DNA from: Octopus bimaculoides
Taxonomy: Eukaryota
Assembly: GCF_001194135.2 (NCBI RefSeq)
Contig: NC_068983.1
Span: 138,620,873-138,664,513 of the forward strand
Direction of reading: 5' to 3'
DNA length: 43,641 nt
Shown here: piece after piece, positions 1 to 12,870 of the stretch
Numbering within the stretch: position 1 is the first letter of the stretch
Layout of the letters: each line of letters starts with the position of its first letter
Position numbers and translations under genes: made by a program
The notes under the pieces: model-generated
The model's database searches: none
What the model was told of the DNA's origin: nothing
What the model saw: only the letters and a program-made list of their open reading frames with translations

Positions 1-210
1 TATATATATATATGTATATATATATGTATATACATATATATACACAAATATATATACATATATATATATATATGTATATATATGCTTATACATATATATA
101 TATGCGTGTGTGTGTATATGTATGTATGTGTACGTGCATTTGTATGTTTGTGAGTGTGTGTGTATAATATATACATGCAAGTATGTATGTATACACACAT
201 ACATATATAT
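1..210. repeat. Compound (TA)n/(TATG)n/(TG)n microsatellite
   Basis: Directly visible di- and tetranucleotide arrays. Confidence 0.95.
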
Positions 211-211
211 G

Positions 212-415
212 TCTCCTCTTGTATTTTACATCTTTCAGTCATTTAAATGCGGCCATGCTGCGTAGCCGCCTTGGGTAATTTATAGCCAAATGGATCGAAC
301 TCAGCATATATATTTTTTTAACCCTGTTACTTATTCTATTCATCTCTTTTGCCGAACTGAGTCATAAATATCGGTTATCAAGCGGTAGTGCGGGAAATCA
401 CAGACACACACACAC
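212..415 (-). mobile_element. SINE family A (tRNA-headed, central microsatellite), 3' half only
   Basis: tttcagtcatt..gcggccatgctg..tacttattctat..tttgccgaac..tcaagcggt matches the 3' halves of the in-window copies at 5670-5882 (+) and 19271-19490 (-). It runs into the (CA)/(TA) array at ~400-556, and no head follows. Confidence 0.8.
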
Positions 416-496
416 ATGCACACATATATACACACACACAAATGTGAATGCTCACGCATTCATATGCTTTCGGCCCCACGAAGACACCTGCCAAAA

Positions 497-537
<41 letters not shown>

Positions 538-2411
538 TACACACACACACACACAATATTCCATCGAACTATTCCTAATAATCAGTCGCAACAGTAACAA
601 GTCCACTCTGTATCATCTAATATCTTACATATCATGCCCCGATCTCTACTGTCTCCTGTATTACATCGTGAAAGCCCCTTCAGGAATATAATCCTTAAAG
701 CAGTCTGTCAGAAGAAAATAAAAATGGACGATCGTTCTCGAAGAGAATAAAATGACAGCTCTACTTAGTACATTGGATTTTACAAACACTGCTTGCGTAG
801 ACTACACAACGAAGGTGATAACAGCTATATATCGGTAAACATCTATAGAACCGAAAGTATAAATGCATAGATAACTCTTTTATTATCCTGGTTTTGACTC
901 TGCTCAACTCCGAATCCCTTCCAAATTACAAGATATTATCTTCAGCATGTATATAAACGGGATCGAATGACCACTCATTATCATATTCCCTAGAAAATGC
1001 ATTCTAATGCATCTAATGTGCTAATGTGTCTCAAACTCTGCAGCATAAAAATTGAAAAGAAAAATTCATTTATAAATTAACGTCAATGTATTTTTACAAA
1101 TGCAATGCAATGCTTAACAAATCTATAATTAAACACACATTACAAGAGAGCATCATGATATCATACTTAACTAAAACAACATTCTGATAAACAAAAGCTT
1201 AAATTTCTGGGGATCACATACAACACCTCAATAATAATCATTCAGCTCATTGACAATATAATCAAATATTCTGTTTGAGTACCTGTTAACAGTATTCAGT
1301 AAATTGAAGGAAAAATAATACAAGCCTAAAACAATACATGAAACGTATTATGAATTATATTGGCCTGGATTGAAATACATTCTCTTTGTTAAAAATTCCA
1401 AAATAATACAAATCAGCCAAATAAAACATTGTTCATCACGCCAATGCAGCGCGTACGTCATACAAAATTACTATAATAACGAGACAACATGCAGCGAAAC
1501 AGAGAGAATTGAGTCTTGTTGTTAAAGAAATATTTAGTCAACACAATCACGAAAGGTTTATATGACGCTATCGCCAACTTTCTCATTTTGTTATTCGTTG
1601 ATTTTGTGTATTGAATTGCGCAGTGTCAATAAAATTCTTGTTCAATTAGAATATGTTATAACACCATTGTTATGTCAGATACAAATATTTCATAACGTAC
1701 CATTCAAAACACATGAATAGTTGATGAGGATGGTATGTTACATTTTGTATACTTATAATGTTGTTTTTAATAGATATTTCAATTTATTTTTTCAATTAAT
1801 AGAACGTCGGGCAAAATACGTTTCGTCACTTAATTACACTGTGTTGTGTTCTGCATTCAAATCCATACTGATTTGGCATTGCTTTTCATCTTTCTAGCAT
1901 AGATATAATTAGTATCATTGGAGTAGTGACGTATCCTTAAATGTAAGATTCATGACCTTGTTCCTATATATAAAAGAAAACCAAGAACAAAAACAAAGCA
2001 TTATCATCGATATGGTATAATGGGGGGCATTATTATATAAACATTTGAAACTACATATAGAATAAAGCTGGAAGCAAGGACACTTACTAGGCAACGTTAG
2101 ATTATTCTGATTGTCGAACTACATGAATTTCTCTTCTTTCCGGAAGAGCAGGAGGTTTTGCCTTGGTGCAGGCTCTTATGAGATTCATTCTGTAATGAAG
2201 ATTTTCCATATATTAGTACTAAGCGAGACTGGAATGTCGTTAGATCTACGCTCTAAATGTTTAATAGTAGATAAGAGATGAGCGGAGTGCAACATGTTTG
2301 TAAAATTACTCAGCTACGTACGAAATTTTATAAATTATCACCTGGATTGTCCACGTGTACCAGTTTGGAATTGAACAATTAGCATCGAGTCATGAAGGCA
2401 AGTAAACATTT

Positions 2412-2588
2412 TTCTAAGCAAAACGTTTTGAAGTTTTTTCGTCCGTGCTTATGTTTGTGCTCAAATTCCACCGAAGTTCACTTTGCCTTTCATCTTTTCT
2501 GAGTCGATAAAATAATTTGAGTACTGAGGTTGATGTAATCGACTTAGTCACTCCCGAAATTGCTGGCCCTGAACCAAAATTTGAAACC
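2412..2588 (+). mobile_element. SINE family B (tRNA-derived, Nin-like central domain)
   Basis: ttcgtccgt..tcaaattccaccgaagttcactttgcctttcatc..gtcgataaaataa..gagtactgaggttgatgtaatcgactta..caaaatttgaaacc is the reverse complement of the copy at 22397-22576. The Nin label is from memory. This element explains the ORFs at 2414-2605 and the first part of 2517-2702. Confidence 0.75.
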
Positions 2589-3859
2589 AATATATATTGT
2601 GACAATGGTATAGTAGCATTTGTAATTGGCTACAGCTCTTACGCGTTAGGGACCCGAAAGGTCGAGTTCGATAACAATTTTATTATGTTGAAGAGCGGTT
2701 AAAATCTGTTAACACATGGAATCAATTGGACAGGTAGTAACCATTGCTGTTTAATTTCAGTTTATAAATGTTTGAACAGACTTATCATCAATATTGTTTC
2801 ACCAGGGACTATCATGACTGCATCTTTACCTAGAATAGAAATAATTTCGCTAATCTATATATTCTATTTTCTTTAGATGCTAGAGCCTGATTTCAGGGTA
2901 TTTTGCTAACATTTCTTGTAGGATGATTGACTATATTAATGCTCACGTCTTGAATCAATCCAGGCAAGAAGAAATGGCTGTTCTTAGGGTACAATACGAG
3001 CTCTGTACGGTCTAACCTACGAATAACAAACCAGAATTATTCACTGCATTTTTCGTAGAAGCCTACCACAGATGTTTGCACACTGGGTGCGCTGTTTGGG
3101 AAAGTGGGAACTATTGATAATAGAATAAAATACGAGGAGACTCTCAATAATTTCATGGCATCGTCTTTTTATCATTAGCGCATTTCTTCCTGGTTGTGTA
3201 CTGAGGCCATACAGAAACGTGCGATATCGAGGAAATATTTAAGAATATTTGCAATATTCTGAAAAGGTGTTTCATATAAACACACATACTAACAGATTTA
3301 TCTATGTCATATTCTTAACGTGCGTCGTTGAAAAACCAGAGGCTGCAGCATTTCGTCTGAAAAAAATTCTTCGTAGATGTATTGTGTCAAAACAAAATAT
3401 ATTTCAATAGTAATCGCCCTGGATCGAATCCCGCTGAAATACTCAGCTTTTTGCTATTCAACAACACATATGGTAAAAGATTTTAGTTTACATCTGCTTC
3501 TAATATATAGTTTAAATTTTGTTCCGGTTTCGCGGCGCCACTGCAAGTCAATATATAGTTTATGCACTGTTTCTATATATTTTAAACAAGCTGATTCGAT
3601 GTTTTCAAGATGTCACACGAGAACGTGGTACTAAGAAACTGCAACAACAACGACCAAATACGTATCCATTGTTTTCTCAGTCGATTCCTGGGCGATTTCG
3701 TTTCGACCAACTCTTTTTTTTTAAAGCAATACGCCTAAAACTGCGTTTTCCACGAAGGAAACATTGCAGCTTCTGGCATTTCAATGACACACACACGTTA
3801 AGTATGTTATATAGATAAAGACTTTAGTCTATAGATGCTTCTATTGCATATTTGAATAT

Positions 3860-3865
3860 ATATAA

Positions 3866-3902
<37 letters not shown>

Positions 3903-4085
3903 CGTGTGCGCGTGTGTTCATGTGTGCGTAAACATATACATACATGTATACATGTATATGCATGATCTATAGTTATACACACAGACACACACGCACACAC
4001 ACACACACAGAAACATACACACACGCACGCACACACACACACACACACACGCACACACACACACACATATATATATAGTACATAA
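3860..4085. repeat. Compound (TA)n(TG)n..(CA)n(TA)n microsatellite
   Basis: Directly visible. Confidence 0.9.
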
Positions 4086-5236
4086 ATACTTAGTGTCATA
4101 CTGATATATCAACGTCATCAACGCTGTAAATTATGAGAATATTTGCTGTAGAAGTCAAAGTATTTCTAAGAGTAATAATATTAGTTTAAGTAGAAGCAAC
4201 ATAAATATTAGTTGCAGCAATGATATTAGTAGCATTAGAGGTAAGAAAAAGATAACACTGCAAAGGCAAAGTTTAACAATAAAAATAAATATATACAAAT
4301 CAGTATGATTCGAGGAAGTAATTTGCAGATAACTATTTTGGAAGCCATTCCACGTAACAGAGGTAAAGATAAAACACATAACTAGAAGTCTTATATTGTG
4401 ATTAATTTCCAAACTATATTACTCTTGTTTTTTGACGGAGAAGTTGGAAACTGCAAAATAAAATAATATAATATAACATTAAATGGAATTTACAATAATA
4501 GGAATAATATTTCTTTTCATTAAGGTGACAGATATCGTACACATGGATTTATCAATTTAAATAGGGAAGAAATATGTGTGTGTTTTCTTTATAAAATTAA
4601 TTAATTTCCTACGTATTTGGTCATATTAAGTCAGTATTGTTTAGAACGGTGAATTTTAAATAGGTAACTGAATTAGCGATGAAAATAATAACATTCTACA
4701 AGGTGTCATTGTGTGAAGGGGTGTATCTTAGCTTTACTTTGTTGTAATTGTTGTTTGTGTCGTTGCTACTGGTGATGGTAACAGTGTGATGCATTTAATA
4801 CTGTTGCTGCTAATACTGATGAAGTAAAATGATGTTATATTTGTTGTTGATCATGTCATTAATTCTGTTGCTGAAACGTTTGATAAAGTTATTATTGATG
4901 TCATGACGGTTATAGTGAAGATTTCTTTCTTCTGTTTTTTATTTCTGTTATTAGATTTATTACTCATCTAACTGATTCACATAGAAATTCATTACCCGTC
5001 GTTTGCTGTTGTGTTAATTAAAGTACCTAAAGTATGGTCATTACGTATCAAATATAAACTATCGCAAAACAGAACACTCTTATTCCTTGTACTCATTAAA
5101 ACCTTCAGCTGTCTGGCTTATACACTTAACCTCACAGTGTACTAGACGGGTGGATAAATTTCTACGAATGAAGTCACGCATATATGGAAACGTTAACGAT
5201 ATTTAATATGCACGGCCTGTTCAATGATAGTGGACA

Positions 5237-5480
5237 GGCACAGGCATAGCCGTATGTGTAATAAACTCGTTTTGTAAGCACGTAATTTCGGGTCCAGTCT
5301 CACTTGCATCGGGTAATTGTCTCTTCTACTATAGCTCAGGCATGAGGAATGCCTTGACTGTGAACTTGGTTTACAGAAACTACGTGTAAGATCATCATCT
5401 CTACATAATACATACATACATACATACGTACATATATAGATGTATGTATGTATGTATGTATATATATATACGTATGCATC

Positions 5481-5518
<38 letters not shown>

Positions 5519-5594
5519 CGTGTGTACGTATACATACTACACCCTTACATACATATAGAGAAAAGGATAGATATATAAATAGATAGATAGATAA

Positions 5595-5637
<43 letters not shown>

Positions 5638-5882
5638 GACAGGTAGACATTTGCATAAATAGATAGATGTGCGTGTCTTTTCTGCCTCTGCCCTACTGCT
5701 TGACTATCGGTTCTTTTGTTTACGTCTCTGTTGCTTAGTAGTTCGAAAAAAGAGTGAAATAGAATGAATACCAGACTTTAAAAAATAAGCACTGGAGTAT
5801 ATTTCTACGACGAAACCCTTCAATGGAATACTCCAGCAGGGCCACATTCCAATGACTGATGTAAATGAAATGTAAGAGATAA
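5237..5882 (+). mobile_element. SINE family A, full-length diverged copy with expanded central microsatellite
   Basis: Degenerate tRNA-like head (ggcacaggcatagccgtatg..gggtccagtctcac), then tcttctactatagc..gccttg..aaact. A ~270-bp (TACA)/(TA)/(TAGA) array follows at ~5402-5670, then a 3' half ending tactccagcagggccacattccaatgactga..gtaagagataa. Confidence 0.75.
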
Positions 5883-6225
5883 CCGGTACTCAATAGAGAA
5901 GAGTACTTAGAATCATGTAATAATCTGACTATGAAAACTCTACCTTCCATTGCACTAAAATATAACTCTATTGCAAAATGATTGCCTTGAAAAGAAAATC
6001 TGAAATGCACGTAGATCCAGCGTTTATATTTTTACAAATATTTTGAGTGACACTATAGAGAAGACAGAACATTTAAAATATCAAAATATACAACACGACA
6101 AATGCAATGTGCAAGCCCTTTCATAATCGAACCTGATGCTGTAATGTATACATACATGCATACATACGAGTACACAAATACGCGCGTCTCTCTCTCTCCC
6201 CCTTTCTGTTTCTTTGTATATATGC

Positions 6226-6235
<10 letters not shown>

Positions 6236-6287
<52 letters not shown>

Positions 6288-6292
6288 CATAC
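6236..6292. repeat. (CA)n microsatellite
   Basis: Directly visible. Confidence 0.95.
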
Positions 6293-6539
6293 ACGTTTTG
6301 TCTTTCATCTCATGTTGCTCTATGATCACTTCAACACCTGATGTGTGGTACATCGTGTCCCTATTCAGGCAACGTCAATTTGATAAAGGGAGTGAAGTAA
6401 TGTACGGCACATACACTTCAACAATATAAACAAATCTTTTGTGCAGGTCGTTCGGCAAAAACTGAACATCCATATGTTGTCTTCGATGGGGGAGTCAATC
6501 AGATATGCACAACCAAAGGAAGCCAGGTGAACAGGTATG

Positions 6540-8800
6540 GAGATAATGAAGCAAATAAACAAATAAACACGCTTGGGCTTGATATAAAAAAAAAATATAC
6601 AGACATATATTATCGAAGAAAATATTTCGAGCGAGTCAGTATAAATCAAAGTTTGCTTCCAATCGATAGGCATTAAAACGAAAAGAGGAAGTAAATTTTG
6701 CCGTTAAGAAAGTCCCTTCACAAGAACTTAAATCCCTGTAGTCTATGATCTGCAGCAAAAAGAGAAATCTCAAAGAGAATACGTTGTAGATGAATGAATA
6801 CAGTGAGGAAAATAAAGTATACACTAACGACCCTGCATATTTCACCGTAGCTCTCTTCAAACTACCTATTGGGCGACACTTGACAGAGTCCTAATTGTTG
6901 GATACGAGTGTATACTCAAAAGAATGTGTATACTCAAAAAAATTATGGAAGGCCAGATTGAAATATCTGACTAGCTTGTTATATCACAGACGAATCTTGG
7001 AGCCAAGAAGGAAATCACCGTGTTAGCAGAAATTTATAGATTAAGTTCATAACTAAAGTTTATGCGCAAATTTACTAGCTGTTCTCAATAAATTCCTCTT
7101 GGATTACTTTGAGTCTAACAACGTTGTGACTAATTGGCAGGAAGATGTAAAGAATGGAATGTTACGATGTGCCGAACAAATGTTGAAGAAGACTCTGTTC
7201 TTCGTATTAAGAAAACTCCAGATAAAAAAAAATTCAGATAGTATAGCTTAATTACATGAAAGCTATGTTCTCCATTCAAGCCTTTGCACCTGAGAAAAGT
7301 ACCTGCTACGTTAGTCGGTGCCATTGAGAGGCTCACAAACACCTGGATAATAATCCTTACACTTACAAGTGGAAGCGGATCAATCTTACCTAGTATTATA
7401 AATAGTCCCTAAGTAATATTCTAAAGAGATATTTTTTTTCTACAATTCTGTTTATTTTGCTATTAAATTCATTATCATTTCCGTTACAAAAGTCCAATGG
7501 TTGCTTGTTAGGGTCGGCAACTGCTTCAAATATCAATGTAATCCATAGTATTATCTATAGCTTTATGTGTGTGCTTTGTGATATTCCGAAAAAGAATTAA
7601 CCGATATTTTGTGGAGGACTTGAAGGTCTATGCTAAATGTAGGTAAAATTCCAAAAAAAAACACAGATGGAGTTAATAACATTATCAGCTGAGATAGGAA
7701 TGAAATTTTGCCAAATGAAATGTTGGTATTTTATTATTGACCCAACGAAATCAATTCTCCAAACCCAATACACTTGCTACAAAGCTCTCTCTAGCTCTGC
7801 TATACTGCACAAGAGGGCTAAAATAAATTGTCATTGATGATAATATATCTTACGAAGGTACTGTGAACATATATAAACAACTAATAAAAACGGAAAACGA
7901 GAATATTAAACCGATTTGAGAAAAGTATGGCAGTGAGAGCTCTCCCCTTTCAAGAATATAATATTCCACAATACATTTCCATCAATAGTGTTAATATCAA
8001 TATTTGGCATATTTAACTGGTTTGCAAAGCAACTCCATTATATGGTCATTAGATCTCGCAAAATCCTGTCATCAACGAGACTTTCATACGAACATTGATG
8101 TTCACAGGCATCCCCTAAAACGAAACGTTTTGAAAAGCAAAGTGAACTACATCCTACAGGTGAGTATTGAATTCGATAGGAGCAGCTCTCTTCTTGATGA
8201 CCACCCTCACTGCCCAAAACAGTTGAACTAAATGCCTAAAGGAAACCAGAACGTAAAACGCTCAGCAAATCAAAAATAAATTAATAAATGAAAAAATAAA
8301 AACCAAGCAGGTGTATATTTCTCGAAGACTCAAAAATGGCAGTAATATCAACATAACGTGCAGGCTTTCTTAGAATCACTACCAATATATCACTTCACAA
8401 TTCGAAGGTTATGCGTATGCAATTCAAGTGCGGTAGAATGCTACTAAATATCTAACGTACGAAAGAAACAGTGGAGCCATTGGAGCTGCAAGGTGCAACC
8501 GGAAGTGTGGATTATTTCCCATATATATGAAAGATGTCTCACGACCGGCAACAGGAGAAAAAATGTTCATCAATTTATTTCCTCCCATTGCAAAATTATG
8601 TTGCTGAAACTGTATACAATAAGCCCGAAAAATACTGTCCCGAGATAAAAAGAAAGAAATCCCATTGTTATCGAATACATACACAAATACCAACACAAGG
8701 AATACTGGTGAAAAATTCTTATCAAAACTTCTATCAAGTGCAAATATAACAGGCCCAATATCTTTGTTTCGCCAGGGTTGAGTGCAGTCTATGCTTATTT
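6540..8800 (+). mobile_element. Old, heavily mutated R4/Dong-like non-LTR retrotransposon (RT, Cys knuckle, restriction-like endonuclease)
   Basis: Hand translation across stops and frameshifts gives colinear motifs: LVISQTNLGAKKEITVLAEIYR (~6975); MRKFTSC.LNKFLLDYFESNNVVTN..CAEQML (~7060-7190); VPATLVGAIERLTNTW (~7300); LLNSLSFPLQKSNG after a decayed IFQGDSLS (~7420-7500); YFVEDLKVYAK..SAEIGMKFCQMKC (~7605-7725); DDNISYEGTVN (~7840); HNTFP..FGIFNW..RSRKILS..DFHTNIDV (~7965-8110); YITSQFEGYAYAIQ..ATKYL..CNRKCGL (~8385-8510); KEYW.KILIKTSIKCKYNRPNI (~8700-8760). The 5' boundary is approximate. Confidence 0.85.
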
Positions 8801-8884
8801 AAAAAATACCCCAGCTAATAAAAAAATACGGATAATCAACTTAACACACGTATGTCTTAGGAGTTTTGGTAAACTTACATTACC

Positions 8885-9112
8885 TTACCTACATATGCAT
8901 GCATGCACACATACATACATATATACATAAACATATGTACGCTCATACATACATAATACATACATGCATGCATGTATATACATACATACATACATGCATG
9001 TATATACATACATACATACATACATGCATGTATATACATGCATACATACATACGTACGTACATACATACAGCACATATATAAATATAAATAGATACATAT
9101 AACATACATACA
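8885..9112. repeat. (TACA)n/(CATG) compound microsatellite
   Basis: Directly visible; source of the ORFs at 8866-9140. Confidence 0.9.
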
Positions 9113-9844
9113 AACCTCCATTCAATCGTATCTCATTCATTATTTTTCATCTCCTCACAAAACGAACTTTGAAATTCGTCTGACCAACAATGCAACCCTG
9201 AGGAATATCCTCACGCTCATGCTCTTTTTTCCCCTCCAAACATTAATTTAACCAATTTTCTAACTGAACGCAAAGCAATTAATCACACACGTCTGGCAGA
9301 GCTGGCCAAAATCATGACCTTGGTCCGAAAACGTCATATGCACTGCTCTTCATCTTAGACTAACCTTTAAAGACTAATATTGCTGTAACCCTCCTGTGTT
9401 TATAAAACTTCATTTCCCCAAGTTTACTCCATTTTTCTCTTTTAAATTCTACTTTGGTCCTGTCACTCTGCTATTTGTTATCAAGCTATTTTATATATTT
9501 ATATATTTATTTCAATTTAATTTTTAAACCTACCGTTTCTCTATCACTCCTTTACAACCGCTCTTTATTTATCCCTGTTTCCTTTTATTTCAATCCTTTA
9601 TCGATTTCAGAAACCATTGCTATCTCTATTTTTCTTGTTTTCGTTTTATACTCTATTAGCTGCTGTTTAGTCGCTTTCTTTGTGAATGTTTACGTTGTCA
9701 AGTTTCTCATTCTCTTTTGCATCTATCTTCCACATTGATCGTTCTAGACAAGTCATTTTATTCTCTTGCCATTCTCTTTCCTTATTTCCTGCTTTTATCA
9801 ACCATTTCAGAATTTGATACATTTTTAGAACCCGCTCTCATATA

Positions 9845-10117
9845 CCTACCTAATGATCTACGTACATACGTACTTACGTACTTACGTACGTACGTACATA
9901 CGTACGTGCGTACGTACGTACGTACCTACCTACCTACCTACCTACCTACCTACCTATCAACCAACCTAACATCTACCTACCTATCTACGCTCTTACCCAT
10001 ATACATACATTCGTACATACATACCTGAACCCATCCATCCATCAATCTATCCATTCATCCATCCATCTATCCATCCATCATTCAATACATACGTACATAC
10101 ATACATACCTATATACA
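9845..10117. repeat. Compound (ACGT)n(ACCT)n(CCAT)n(TACA)n tetranucleotide array
   Basis: Directly visible; abuts the 3' tail of the minus-strand SINE at 10118. Confidence 0.9.
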
Positions 10118-10495
10118 TGTTGGTACTCCGTCGCTTACGACGTTGAGGGTTCCAGTTGATCCGATCAACGGAACAGCCTGCTCGTGAAATTAACGTCCAA
10201 GTGGCTGAGCACTTCACAGACACGTGTACCCTTAATGTAGTTCTCGGGGATATTCAGCGTGACACAGTGTGATAAGGTGGACCCTTTGAATTACAGGCAC
10301 AACAGAAACAGGAAGAGTGAGAGAACGTTGTGGTAAAAGAGTAAAGCAGGGTTCGCCACCATCCCCTGCCGGAGCCTCGTGGAGCTTTACGTGTTTTCGC
10401 TCAATAAACACTCACAACGCCCGGTCTGGGAATCGAAACCGCGATCCTATGACCGCGAGTCCACTGCCCTAACCACTGGGCCATTGCGCCTCCAC
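10118..10495 (-). mobile_element. SINE family C (tRNA-derived, ~380 bp), near full length
   Basis: The reverse complement starts GTGGAGGCGCAATGGCCCAGTGGTTAGGGC (A box) and contains GGTTTCGATTCCC (B box). It aligns end to end with the + copy at 29849-30234. Confidence 0.9.
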
Positions 10496-11074
10496 ACATA
10501 TATACATACATATATACATGCAAAAAAACAGACAGACCTGACTATACACCTGTGTACATATCTCTTGGTCTCTTTGCAGCTATTCCTCTATTCGTAGGAA
10601 GTGGATGACCATTGGATATATCCTACGATATATCCAATGGTCATCCACCTTCATTTTTCCGTGTTTTGTTATCCATCAGGTGCTATATATTCCTTCTTGC
10701 TTACTTCCATAACCAAAGACAGTTAATACGTGTGTGTGTGTGTAAGTGTGTGTACATGTGTATGTGCATGTGTGTCTATGTGTGCGCGCGCGTGAGTGCG
10801 AGTTGGTGTGTCGCAAATTTGCTATAACGTAATTATCAGATAATATCTATAGTGGCAATGCTTCTAATTTCTTAATTTAATATTGCTAGCACTTATTGGA
10901 ACTTCCGTTTTGATGCAATTAAATCTAATAAATCTTTAATACAGAATGATGAACCGATAACAGAAGCAGTAACACTAAACCCCATATAATAGGAACCGTA
11001 CAGAAAATCCTTAATGACCAAGAGAACAAATGGTAATACAAGGATTATGAGTAATAACCACAAAAGGAAATGAA

Positions 11075-11750
11075 AAAAGGCATCGCAGTATCGATGCATA
11101 CATTGCGCGCACACAGGGATAAAATGTAATTTAAATTAATAATCTAAGACGATTTTATATTTCAACACAATGACATCAAGTGTTATTTCCCTACTTATCG
11201 TTTATGCATATGTAACAAAGAAAAGAAAAACAACATTTTGATTCACCAAAACCAAAATTTAATGAGCTCGATCCACTCTCTCAATGTATAATTCTGCCAA
11301 ATTTGGTGAAAATCCGTTCAGCCGTTTTCCAGTAAGTTTGCAAACGCATAAATAGACTAAAACGAACGACTGCAATACCTTGCTTTCTCTTACGTGCGCA
11401 GGGTAATGAAAAACAAAAATGGCACAGGGCAGCGATGCATACTCTACGCGCACAAAAGGATAAAATCCAATTTAATTTAATAATTTCAGACGATTTCATA
11501 TTTTCACAAATTGACATCAAGTGCTATATTCTCTGTCTATCGTTTATGCATATGTAACAAAGAAAAAAAAAACATTTTGATTCACCGAACCAAACTTTAA
11601 TGAGTTCGAGGCACTGACCCAATGAGTATTCCTGCCAAATTTCGTGAAAATCCGTTCAGCCGTTTTCCAGTGATTTTGTAAACACACAGACAGAGACAGA
11701 CAAAACGAACGACTACAATAACTAGCTTTCACTTACGCGTGCAGGGTAAA
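11075..11750 (+). mobile_element. Head-to-tail dimer (~341-bp unit) of a non-autonomous Helentron/DINE-1-like (HINE-like) element
   Basis: cgatgcata at 11092 and 11433; gcagggtaa at 11398 and 11741. The core tgccaaattt(g/c)gtgaaaatccgttcagccgttttccag (11295-11332 and 11633-11670) is 37/38 identical and is followed by a short acag-type repeat. The tandem structure is certain; the family label comes from recalled DINE/HINE architecture. Orientation is assumed. Confidence 0.6.
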
Positions 11751-12293
11751 TATAAACAACCCCATGCATATCAAAACAACAATAATTTTGATCTAAATTG
11801 GCATAGACATCATGTTATCATTACTATATTGGCAATGATTACGGTTTTGACACCTAATAGTACCGATCAATCCAACGGCGTTGACAACGTCAAAAATATT
11901 TAAACACTGTTTGCCAAGTACAAGACATAAAAATAAATAATACATAGGAACTTGTAATAAAACAGAATATACAAATGAAACTAAATATACATTTCGAAAG
12001 CAACAACGGCATAAAAATTTTTAATTCATCTAAACTGCCTGGAACCCGAAAGAATAATTGGAATTATATATAAAAAAGACAAAGATAGCATTAGATTTTC
12101 TTAATAAAACTAATAAAATATATAGAAAAGATAAACTAATCATTGCTTATTAAACCTTTGCATTAATGAGGAATTGAATGAAATCAAAAAGAACATTACA
12201 CAAGTTTTTATTGATTAAAAATCTAATTAAATTGCAAAGAAAAAGTTACGAATTATAATTACACCAACTTGTTAAAAGACATGATGCATTTAC

Positions 12294-12408
12294 TAGCGAA
12301 GCTGATGGTCCCATCACCGTCTCTAGAAGATGCTAGGGGGTTCCCTTCTCTGCTTGCCATTTTTATCGGGCGTAAGCTGCATCGATAAGCAGCTGGAGGG
12401 TGCTCTAT
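12294..12408 (-). CDS. Candidate exon of an unidentified gene (weak)
   Basis: On the minus strand: acceptor ccgtttttaaccccag, then AAAAATGG start (12360) reading MASREGNPLASSRDGDGTISFA, then donor GCTA|gtaaat. The region is GC-rich and non-repetitive. No homology recognised. Confidence 0.15.
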
Positions 12409-12611
12409 CTGGGGTTAAAAACGGTAGTAACAATGGTTCCTACAGAACAGCTATATTGAAGTGGCGATAAACATTACTTATCAGTAACTACTTTCATCTC
12501 TGGAGATTGTCGGACTCGCTACTTTGCTCTCTTGCAAGATTAGTGACCGGTTGCCACTTATTTTTCTATATATTGCCAGCTGGAACGGATTACTGTTATC
12601 TCTAGCGCATG

Positions 12612-12745
12612 CGCGCACACACATATACACACATTCACTCACTCACTCACACACAAACACACACTCACACACGCACGCACACGCACACACACACACACCC
12701 ACACACACACACACACACACGCTAAAACACACCCTCACTCACTTC
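12612..12745. repeat. (CA)n/(CACT)n microsatellite
   Basis: Directly visible. Confidence 0.9.
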
Positions 12746-12870
12746 ATGTTCGAGGTATACAACTATGAGTCCACTGCATCTCATAGCAGAAACAGTTGTA
12801 AGCTAATGGAGTTCATAAGATAATCGTTTACTCCTTTGCCATCTCATTTTCTTGTATATGTATATATATA

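Noticed and set aside
2414-2702. Protein-looking ORFs at 2414-2605 (-) and 2517-2702 (+)
   Set aside because: They largely overlap a SINE family B copy that is recognisable from other copies in the window.
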